Part shown: piece by piece, positions 12,425 to 21,705 of the stretch
How the letters are laid out: the number at the start of each line of letters is the position of its first letter
Position numbering within the stretch: position 1 is the first letter of the stretch
Origin: Chiloscyllium plagiosum
Taxonomy: Eukaryota
NCBI RefSeq assembly: GCF_004010195.1
Contig: NC_057718.1
Span: 13,865,026 to 13,908,941 of the forward strand
DNA length: 43,916 nucleotides
Reading direction: 5' to 3'
Made by a program: the position numbers and the translations under genes
The notes under the pieces: model-generated
What the model saw: the letters and a program-made list of their open reading frames with translations, nothing else
What the model was told of the DNA's origin: nothing
Databases searched by the model: none

Positions 12425-13046
12425 TGTCACAAAGCTGGGTTCTTTTTTCTAAAAGCTGTTCCTTTTCTCAAGGGTATTATGCCCTTAGTTTTTTTCAGAG
12501 GGGTCATAAACTGCTCTCGGTTCCGATTAGTCTGGTTTGGTACAGAGATTAAAGGGTATTGAGAGGCCTTTTTGTTTATATGTAAACAAAAGTGGGGTAT
12601 GTTTTAGAAGTGACCTGTAGAATGAAAGGGGAGTGGTCAGCTCTCTCGCTGAGCAGTTTAGTTCAGTTCCGAACTGGTTGGGAGTTCAACAGTGAGCTGT
12701 GTGGAAACTCTCTCTTCTGCCCTTCTAACTTCAACCTGTAAGCATCTGACCCTTTTTTGTACCGTGTTTTAAAGGGGGTTTGCTTATTGGGATTGTTGTG
12801 TATATTTGGAACAGCATACTTAAATCTAATTTGGATAGACTGAGTTCTGTAGGGGTTCTTTAATCTGTTCTTCATGTTTCATTGTATGTTTATGTGAATA
12901 GTTTTTGTCTGTTTTAAACCTCGTAGTCAACCTCGCTAACTTAATTCTGGTAATTTTCATTGTACACTGACCAAAACAAATTGCAAAGTTATGGACTGGG
13001 CTGCCTGCTTAAGAATGTTTTGAGTGGTCTGGCCTAGTCTATAATA
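12425..13046 (+). repeat. 5' LTR of the Gmr1-like element
   Basis: Starts TGTCACA right after the SINE head. Its last 46 bp (13001-13046) match 16228-16273 with 4 mismatches. Followed by a PBS. Confidence 0.85.
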
Positions 13047-13049
13047 GAT

Positions 13050-13070
13050 TGGGGGATCTTTGTGGGATTT
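13050..13070 (+). promoter_or_regulatory. Degenerate primer-binding site, probably tRNA-Pro
   Basis: TGGGGGATCTTTGTGGGATTT just 3' of the LTR, versus the tRNA-Pro complement TGGGGGCTCGTCCGGGATTT. Confidence 0.6.
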
Positions 13071-13146
13071 TAAACAGCGAGTGGTAGGTGCTGGTGTCTT
13101 TATTTCAGGTGTTGGTTTGGTTGGGGAGACAAAGCTTCGGACAGTA

Positions 13147-14020
13147 ATGGTGCTTTCAGTCACCAAACGGTTTCTGGAGGTGGATGTGATGACTTTGGAA
13201 ATTTTGCAAAAAGTGATTAAGACCAAGTTACAAGAATAAGCAGAGCAGCTGGAATTGGAACTGCCTGCTTCTGTGAGGAAAGGAGAGATCATTATAGCAG
13301 TACCTCAGCATTTAAATTTGCTGGAGAAACCCTCAGAATCTATAGAGACAACAAGGATTCAATTGCAAATGAAGCAGCTTGGGTTAGAGGCGAGAGGAAC
13401 AAAGAGAGTAGCAGAAGAGAGGGAATAAGACAGAGCAGAGAAAGAAAAAGAGAGAGCTTCTGAACTTCAAAAACCGGCACTTAAAAAGGAAAGTCAGCTT
13501 AAAAGGCTGGAGATACAGGCTGAGGGTAGGCTTAGTGTGGAAGAGAGTGAGGATGAGCAAGTCCCTAGTAGTCAGAAGCCTGATGAGCAACTGTTTCAGT
13601 ATGTTCAAGCATTGCCTACATTTGATGAGAAGGATGTGGAAAACTTTTTCATCTCATTTGAAAAGGTGGCTAAACAAATGCAGTGGCCAGTGGCAATGTG
13701 GGTTTTGTTGATCCAAATGAAACTTGTCGGTGGGGCTGGTGAGTTATTCGCATCCCTATCAGAGGAGGTAGGTGGGGAGTGTGAGGAGGTGAAAAAAGCC
13801 ATTTTAAGTGCATCTGAGCTCGAACCAGAAGCCTATGGACAATTTTTCAGGAATCTAAGGAGGGACCCAGGTTAAACCTATATTGGGTTTGAAAGGATCA
13901 AACAGAGTAATTTTAATAGATGGATAAGAGCTTTAAAAATTGAGAAAACCTATGATGCCCTTAGAGAGATAATTATTTTGTAGAAATTCAAAAATTCACT
14001 GCCTGAAGTCATGCGAACTC
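13147..14020 (+). pseudogene. gag of the Gmr1-like element (truncated)
   Basis: ATG at 13147, E/K-rich coiled coil, LPTFDEKDVENFFISFEKVAKQMQWP...WVLLIQMKLVG, EEVKKAIL, FKNSLPE; contains stops. Confidence 0.8.
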
Positions 14021-14021
14021 G

Positions 14022-14366
14022 TAGAGTCATAGAGTCACAGAGATGTACAGCACAGAAACAGACCCTTTTGTCCAACCCGTCCATGCCAACCAGATATCCC
14101 AACCCAATCTAGTCCCACCTGCCAGCACCCGGCCCATATCCCTCCAAACCCTTCCTATTCATGTACCCATCCAGATGCCTTTTAAATGTTGCAATTGTAC
14201 CAGCCTCCACCACTTCCTCTGGCAGCTCATTCCATACATGCACCACCCTCTGTGTGGAAAACGTTGCCCCATAGGTCTCTTTTATATCTTTCCCCTCTCA
14301 CCCTAAACCTATGCCCTCTAGTTCTGGACTCCCCCACTCCAGGGATAATACTTTGTCTCTTTATCC
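14022..14366 (-). mobile_element. CR1 3' end inserted in the Gypsy element
   Basis: (tagagtca)n tail at 14022; minus-strand PGVGESRTRGHRFRVRGERYKRD. Confidence 0.9.
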
Positions 14367-14367
14367 T

Positions 14368-14900
14368 TATGGTCAGGATTATCCAGATAATCGGGATAAG
14401 GGAGTTCTGTATGTACTTTTTTGCGATCAAAGATGCACCAAATTAGTCGACCAAATTCAGTCCATTTGAATAAATTTTGGGCAAGAAGTAAGAGGACCAT
14501 TAAAATTGGTAAAGGAGAAATTAATAAGTCAGAATTCAGAGACCACCTATGGACTATGTGTCAAATTTTAGAGAACGATTAAATATAGCTGGAGAGTTGG
14601 CTAGACAGCATTTAAAAGCATCGCAGCATACAATGAAACAAGAAGCAGATAAGAAATCACCAAAAAAATCACAAATTTGCAATTGAGGATAAGGTATTGG
14701 TGTTACTTCCAATAACAGATGAGCCTTTTAAAGCAAGGTCTAGTGGACCTTCTCAAATCGAGAGGAAATTGAGTGTGGTGAATTACTTGATAAGGACTCC
14801 ATATAGGAAGAAATCTCACAGAGTGTGTCATGTGACTATGCTCAAAAGGTATTTTGATAGGGAAGGAAAGCAAGAGGAGAAGGTGTTAATGATTACAGCA
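14368..14900 (+). pseudogene. Integrase C-terminal part (end of catalytic core and GPY/F module)
   Basis: DKGVLYVLFAIKDAPN*STKFSPFE*I..EVRGPLKL; FRERLN.AGELARQHLK; DKVLVLLP...SGPSQIERKLSVVNYLIRTP...HVTMLKRY. Confidence 0.85.
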
Positions 14901-15039
14901 GAGAATGAAGAACCAAGTTCAGAGGATTCTGAATTGGACATTCCTCAAATTAAATTGGACATTGAGGAAGTTGTCAAAAATTGGGATACATTATTGAGTT
15001 ACCTTTCACAAGAAAATCGAAATGACCTGAAACAGTTAT

Positions 15040-16230
15040 TACTATAACATGGGGAGATTTGCGAAAATAAACTGGGAATTACTATCCTAATTGCGCATGA
15101 TGTTGAGATAGGTGATGCTGTTCCAATTAAGCAACATCCTTATAGGCACAACCCTCTAAGGTTGGCACAGGTTCCAAAGGGGATAGAGCTCATGCTCCAA
15201 GGTGGCATAATCAAAGTGAGTTACAATGAGGTACAGAGCTCACCTATGGTGATGGTGCCAAAGCCAGATGGTACCAATGGTTATGTGTGGACGATCGTAA
15301 AGTCAACGCTGTTACAAATACTGATGCATATCCAATTCCACAGTTGGAGGACTGTGTCGAAAAAGTGGGACAAGTAACTTATATTTCTAAGCTGGACTTG
15401 CTCAGAGACTACCGGCAAGTACCTCTGTCAGAGAGAGCAAGGCCAGTTTCAGCTTTCATAACGCCAAATGGACTATATCAGTTCAAAGTCATACCATTTG
15501 GTATGAAAAATGCTCCAGCCACATTTCAGAGATTGGCTAATATGGTCATTGCCGGATTACCCAACAGTGTGGTGTACATTGATGACCTGGTGATTTTTAG
15601 TCACTCATGGAAGGAACATTTACAGCATTTATTGGACTTGTTCGATCGACTTCAGAAGGCAGGCATGGTGGTAAACCTAGCTAAAAGTGATTTTGCCAAA
15701 GCCCAAGTCATCTTCCTGGGCCATGTTATTGAATATGGACAAATGGGTCCACGGGATACATAAATGAAAGTAATTGGGGAATTTCCCACACCGTCGATGA
15801 AAAAAGCAATACTATGGTTCCTGGCATTGAGTGGATTTTACCAAAAGTTTGTGCCGACTTTTAGCAGTGTGACTGCTCCACTCACCCAATTTTTTTGAAA
15901 AGGGCAAGAAGTTTCAGTGGATAGTGGACTGTCAAAAGGTATTTGACAGCCTAAAAACTGTGTTAACCACTGCCCCAGTATTAGCCACACCAGATTACAT
16001 GAATCCTTTTGAAGTGGCTATTGATGCCAGTGACGTGGTTGTCGGTTCGGTGCTCCTGCAGGAGGATGACAAAGGGATAGAAAGACCCATTGGGTATTTT
16101 TCCAGGAAGTTGAACGTTCATCAACAGAAATATTCAATGGTGGAGAAAGAGACTTTAAGCTTGGTGTTGGCCTTACAACACTTCAGTGTTTATATTACCA
16201 GCAATGCAGCTGAGACAATCGTGTACACTG
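15040..16230 (+). pseudogene. Gypsy reverse transcriptase and RNase H (disrupted; RNase H truncated)
   Basis: PIKQHPYR, SSPMVMVPKPDG, KLDLLRDYRQV, PFGMKNAPATFQR, YIDD; RNase H APVLATPDY..FEVAIDASD..YFSRKL..EKETLSLV..TIVYT. Confidence 0.92.
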
Positions 16231-16273
16231 CCTGCTCAAGAATGCTTTGAGTGGTCTGGCCTAGTCCATAACA

Positions 16274-16540
16274 CACCTTTGGGCAACTGTCTGTGTAGTG
16301 TTTGCGTGGTCTCCCTGTGTCTGCGTGGATTTCCCCTGGGTGTTCTGTTTTCCTCCAACAGTCCAAAGATGTGCAGATAGGTGGATTGGCCATGCTAAAT
16401 TGTCCATTGTGTCAAGGGAGGTGCAGGTTGGTGGATTAGCCATGGGAATTACACCGTTACAGGGAAAAGGTTGTGGGGGGGGGGAATCTAGGTGGGATGC
16501 TGTGTTCGGAGGGTCAGTGTGGACTCGACGGGTCAAATGT
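16274..16540 (+). mobile_element. Body of the SINE split by the Gypsy element
   Basis: GCAACTGTCTGTGT..., CAGTCCAAAGATGTGCAG, GGATTGGCCATGCTAAATTG core, GGGTCAGTGTGGACTCGA. Confidence 0.88.
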
Positions 16541-16612
16541 CAGCTAATCCAAAAGCCAGGAGGTGGCCATCAAGGTCTATTTCAAACATCAACTGTACTT
16601 CACAGGTCAGAG

Positions 16613-16817
16613 GTAAAAATCACACAACACCAGGTTATAGTCCAACAGGTTAATTGGAAGCACACTAGCTTTCGGAGCATCGCTCCTTCATCAGGTGGTT
16701 GAAGGAGCAGCGCTTCGAAAGTTTGTGCTTCCAATTAAACCTGCTGGACTATAACCTGGTGTTGTGTGATTTTTAACTTTGTACACCCCAGTCCAACGCC
16801 GGCATCGCCCAATCATG
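16613..16817. mobile_element. Short Penelope-derived fold-back insertion with a hammerhead motif and 11-bp TSD
   Basis: Arms about 16615-16690 and 16700-16774 are reverse complements. Flanked by acaggtcagag at 16602-16612 and 16818-16828. Confidence 0.8.
16661..16699 (-). ncRNA. Minimal type I hammerhead ribozyme motif (intact core)
   Basis: Minus strand CCAC CTGATGA A GGAGC GAT GCTCC GAAA GCTA GTG: core boxes, 5-bp stem II, very short stem III, stem I CAC/GTG. Confidence 0.7.
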
Positions 16818-17799
16818 ACAGGTCAGAGACAATTGACTGATGTTTGATGAAAGGGTGGTTGTTCCTGCCCCACTATGGGAATGTATCCTAAACAAGACAC
16901 ACCAGGGACACTTGGGGACCATCATGTACAGAGCCAGAGCTCAGTCATCACTGCATTAACCAGAGATTCTCAAAAACGATGGAGGATCTCATGACCGACT
17001 GTGAAACCCGCAGTATTGACAGGCCTGAGCAGTCTGACACCCACCACTCTCCCCAGCAGACCATGGGAATGAGGGGAATCAGGTGTGGCCATCAGGGTCT
17101 TGCATTAACTCTTTGCTACACCTGCTATCTCTGATATGATCATATCAGATAAATGACCATATATTGCTGACAGGTCTTCCAGCCAATTTGCTGCCTGTTC
17201 TGGATTTGAACATGTAAAAATGTTTGACAAGAAACCTATGGTTTATTGGGGAAGTTGAAAGGGCAATATTGATGGTCAAGGCACTTTTGAAGAAGATACA
17301 CTCAAGTTTTAGATATTTTCCTCATCAATCTGCTCAGAGATGTTACGACACCTATTTTCAGCAGATGGGACTTGAACCTGACCCTCCTGGCTCGGAGTAA
17401 GGGACATTACCACTGCACCACATGGGCCCTTTTCTGATTTTTGTGCTCTAGTTTAAGTCAAGAGTTGGTTATTGTTAAAGCTCCCTCATGGTTTCCCTCC
17501 CCTGCCATCTCCCATTGGAATCAAACGAGGAAAGAGGGTGGTGGTAGCAACCCACCCTAACCACCAGCTGGTTGTGGTTGGCATCACAGCAGCATGTGAC
17601 GGTAGATATCAGGAGGCACCAAATCAAACGGGTCCAAGGAGGGAGAAAAGCTTGAAGAGCAAGATGTCCTAACACCACACAGTCTGCAATTGATCAACAA
17701 GGCAGCTCAGTCATTACCTTCTACAGAGCAATTAAAGATGGGCAATAAACACTGGCCTAGCCAGCGACACCCACATCCTGTGAAAAAGGAAATTTAAAT

Positions 17800-18140
17800 G
17801 AGAATGCTTCAGATAATGAGATTTGGTTCAGGCCTTATAAATAAATTGATTGGGTGGATTGAAACTTTTGATATTGGTGGGGATGTTTAAAACAAGGGAA
17901 CCATAACTTCAAGAGCCAAGACATTTGAAGAAGAGTTAGAAACCACATGGTCACTCAAGGACAGCAGGAGTGTTGAACTCTCTCCCACAAGGAGCACTGT
18001 TACAAATGTTAAACATCAAACATGCTGAACAAGGGCTTATAAAGATGTGGGGCCAAAGCGAGTGCATGGGGTTAAAGGGTGGATAAACTATAATCTCACT
18101 GTCAAACTGGTTCAGGAACCTGAATGGTCTACTCTGCTTC
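17800..18140 (+). mobile_element. Old CR1 3' fragment
   Basis: Degenerate KTREP*LQ..FE..VRNH..TQGQQ.CWNSLP-like segment followed by a CR1-type 3'UTR. Confidence 0.55.
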
Positions 18141-18224
18141 CGTAACAGGGAGATGGGCAGAGAGAGAGAGAGAGAGAGAGAGCAAGAGTCAGAGAGAGAA
18201 AGTAAGAGAAAAAGGGACAGGAAC

Positions 18225-18450
18225 AGTGTTGGTGTGGAGTTTGCATGTTCTTCCCATGTCTACAAGGGTTTCCTCCGGGTTCTCCGATTTCCTCCCACAG
18301 TTCACATGCTGTGCAGGGTAGGTGGATGGCCATGGTAAATGCACGGTTACAGGGATAGGGTGGGGGCACGTGGAGAGGTGGGATGCAATTCAAAGGATCA
18401 GTGCAGACTTGATGGGCCGAATGACCTCTATCTGCACTGTAGTGATTCTA
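18225..18450 (+). mobile_element. HE1-like SINE body fragment, preceded by (GA)n at about 18160-18182
   Basis: GTGTGGAGTTTGCATGTTCTTCCC, GGGTTTCCTCCGGG, GACTTGATGGGCCGAATG. Confidence 0.75.
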
Positions 18451-18549
18451 AGAGGTAAAAAGCGATTTCCAACTCCGTGGAGAATTCGCAACTTTTGGTA
18501 TTTAGGGATGCACATGAGATTGTGATCATTATAATTTTGACAATCCGTG

Positions 18550-21500
18550 TTATAGACAATAGACAATAGGTGCAGGACTAGGCCATTCTGCCCTTCGAGC
18601 CTGCACCACCATTCAGTATGATCATGGCTGATCATCCTTAATCAGTATCCTGTTCCTGCCTTATCTCTATAACCCTTGATTCCACTATCCTTGAGAGCTC
18701 TATCCAACTCTTTCTTAAATGAAAAGGGTATACAAGCTCCGTCGCTCCAGTCTTTCAGTGTAAGGTAATCCCGCCATTCCAGGAATTGACCTTGTGAAGC
18801 TACGCTGCCCTCCCTCAATAGCCAGAATGTCTTTCTTCAAATTTGGAGACCAGAATTGCACACAATACTCCAGGTGTGGTCTCACTAGGGCCCTGTACAG
18901 CTGCAGAAGAACCTTTTTGCTTCTATACTCAATCCCTCTTGTTATGGAGGCCAGCATGCTATTAGCCTTCTTCACTACCTGCTGTACCTGCATGCTTACC
19001 TTCATTGACTGGTGTACAAGAACACCCAGATCTCTTTGTACTGCCCCTTTACCTAAATTGATTCAATTTAGGTAGTAATCTGCCTTCCTGTTCTTGTCAC
19101 CAAAGTGGATAACCATACATTTATCCACATTAAACTGCATCTACCATGCATCTGACCACTCACCTAATCTGTCCAGGTCACCCGGTAATCTCCTAACATC
19201 CTCCTCACATTTCACCCTGCCACCCCAGCTTAGTATCATCAGCAAATTTACTAATGTTATTACTAATACCATCTTCTTTATCATTAATATATGTTGTAAA
19301 AAGCTGCAGTCCCAGCACTGATCCCTGCGGTACCCCACTGGTCACTGCCTGCCATTCCGAAATGGAGCCATTTATCACTACCCTTTGTTTCCTGTCAGCC
19401 AACCAACTTTCAACCCAAGTTAGTACTTTGCCCCCAATACCATGTGCCCTAACTTTGCTCACTAACCTCCTATGTGGAACTTTATCAAAAGCTTTTTGAA
19501 AGTCCAGGTACAACTACTGGATCTCCCTCTTCCAACTTCAGAGCTACATCCTCAAAAAATTCCAGAAGATTAGTCAAGCATGATTTCCTCTTCATAAATC
19601 CATGCTGACTCTGACCTATCCTGTTACTACTATCCAGATGTGTCGTAATTTCATCTTTTATAATAGACTCCAGCATCTTTCCCACCACTGAGGTCAGACT
19701 AACTGGTCTATAATTTCCTGTTTTCTCTCTCCCACCTTTCTTAAAAGGCAGGAGAGAGAAAACAGGGCGACACGGTGGCACAGTGGTTAGCACTGCTGCC
19801 TCACAGCGCCAGAGACCCGGGTTCAATTCCCGACTCAGGCGACTGACTGTGTGGAGTTTGCACGTTCTCCCCGTGTCTGCGTGGGTTTCCTCCAGGTGCT
19901 CCGGTTTCCTCCCACAGTCCAAAGATGTGCAGGGTCAGGTGAATTGGCCACGCTAAATTGCCCATAGTGTTAGGTTAAAGGGGTAAATGTAGGGGTAGGG
20001 GTATGGGTGGGTTGTGCTTCGGCGGGTCAGTGTGGACTTGTTGGGCCGAAGGGCCTGTTTCCACACTGTAAGTAATCTAATCTAAAAAGTGGTACAACAT
20101 TAGCCACCCTCCAATCCGCAGGAACTGATCCCGAATCTATCGAACTCTGGAAAATAATCAACGCATCCACGATTTCTCGAGCCACCTCCTTCAGTATCCT
20201 GGGATGTAGACCATCAGGCCCCGGGGACTTATCAACAGTCTCTCCAACACCAATTCCTGGCAAATATAAATTCCCTTCAGTTCAGGTCCTTCAGCCACTC
20301 TTACCTCAGGGAGATTGCTTGTGTCTTCCCCAGTGATCACAGATCTGAAGTACCAATTCAATTCTTGTGCCATTTCTTTGTTCCCCGTAATTTCTGTTTT
20401 CTGTTTCTGTTTTCAAGGGCCCAATTTTAGTCTTAGCCATTTTTTTGCCTTTCACACACCTAAAAAAGCTTTTACTATCCTCTTTTATAGTTTTGGCCAG
20501 TTTACCTTCGTATCTCATTTTTTCTCTGCGTATTTCCTTCTTAGTAATCCTCTGTTGTTCTTTAAAAGCTTCCCAGTCCTCCGTTTTCCCACTTATCTTT
20601 GCTACGTTATACTTTTTCTCTTTATATGTTTCTTAATTTCCCTCGTCAGCCACGGCCGCCCATGCCTCCTCCTAGGATCTTTCTTCCTTTTTGGAATGAA
20701 CTGATCCTGCATCTTCTGCATTATACACAGAAATATCTGCCATTGTTCCTCCACTGTCATCCCTGCTAAGGTATTGCACCATTGAAATTTGGCCAGCTCC
20801 TCCCTCATAGCTCCATAGTTCCTTTTATTCAACTGAAATATTGTCACTTCCGATTGTACCCTCTCCCTCTCAAATTGCAGATTGAAGCTTATTGTATTAT
20901 GGTCACTACTTCCCAATGGCTCCTTCACTTCGAGGTCCCTGATCAATTCTGGTTAGTTGCACAATACCAGATCCAGAATTGCCTTCTCCCTGGTAGGCTC
21001 CAGCACCAGCTGTTCTAAGAATCCATCTCAGAGGCACTCCACAAAGTCTCTTTCTTGAGGTCCAATACCATCCTGATTCTCCCAGTCTACCTGCATGTTG
21101 AAATCCCCCATAACAACTGTAGTAACATCTTTGCGACAGGCCAATTTCAGCTCCTGATTCAACTTACATCCGACATCCAGACTACTGTTTGGGGGCCTGT
21201 AGATAACTCCCAAGAGGGTCTTTTTACCCTTAGAATTTCTCAGCTCTATCCATGCTGACTCTACATCCCCTGATTCTAGGTCCCCCCACGCAAGGGACTG
21301 AATATCATCCCTTACTAACATGGCCGCCCCACCCCCTCTGCCCATCAGTCTGTCCTTACGATAGCACGTGTAGCTTTGAATATTCATTTCCCAGGCCCTG
21401 TCCACTTGAAGCCACAGCTCAGTTATCCCCACGATATCGTATCTGCCAATTTCCAAAAGAGCCTCAAGCTCATCCATCTTATTTCTAATGCTTCGTGCAT

Positions 21501-21705
21501 TCATGTATAGTATTTTTAATTTGTTACTGCCCTCACCCTTCCCATCAACTCCTATTTCACTCAACCTTACAGCATGATCCCTTTTTGAGTTTTCTGCTTC
21601 ATTGATACAGTTGTCTTTCTTGACTTCCCTTGTTCTAACTCTCCCTTCAATTTCCTTCTTAAACATCCAGTTTGTCCGCCCTCCCCCCACTACTTAGCTT
21701 AAATG
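18550..21705 (-). mobile_element. CR1 LINE with nearly complete disrupted ORF2, interrupted by a SINE
   Basis: Minus-strand ORFs: LKILYMNARSIRNK, YRPP, GDFN, LGSSDHN, KSPGPDGLHP, YLDFQKAFDKV, GVPQGSVLG, FADDTK, LEYCVQFWSP; (tagacaa)n tail at 18552 on +. Confidence 0.95.
19765..20083 (+). mobile_element. Full-length, CpG-rich (young) HE1-like V-SINE
   Basis: GGGCGACACGGTGGCACAGTGGTTAG (A box), GGTTCAATTCCC (B box), GTGAATTGGCCACGCTAAATTG core, CR1-like tail GGGCCGAAGGGCCTGTTTCCACACTGTA, (TAATC)n end. Confidence 0.92.

Larger units (their letters stand above)
12425..16273 (+). mobile_element. Gmr1-like Ty3/Gypsy LTR retrotransposon (gag, integrase, RT, RNase H order), degenerate and internally deleted
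   Basis: TG...CA termini, 4-bp TSD tacc/cacc, 5' LTR, PBS, gag, integrase C-terminus, RT (YIDD), RNase H (DAS), and a 46-bp remnant of the 3' LTR. Confidence 0.9.
16545..17300 (+). pseudogene. Highly degenerate integrase of a second, unrelated Gypsy-type element (H2C2 zinc finger and core)
   Basis: LMFDERVVVPAPLWECILNKTHQGHLG...RARAQSSLH*PEI; PSRPWE; FATPAISDMIISD; FEHV; EVERAI..VKALLKK (read across frameshifts). Confidence 0.7.

Noticed and set aside
17358..17430. tRNA gene on the minus strand (also tRNA-like heads at 12356, 19765, 24405, 28843)
   Set aside because: A and B boxes are present, but the acceptor and anticodon stems are imperfect and several continue into SINE bodies. These are SINE heads.
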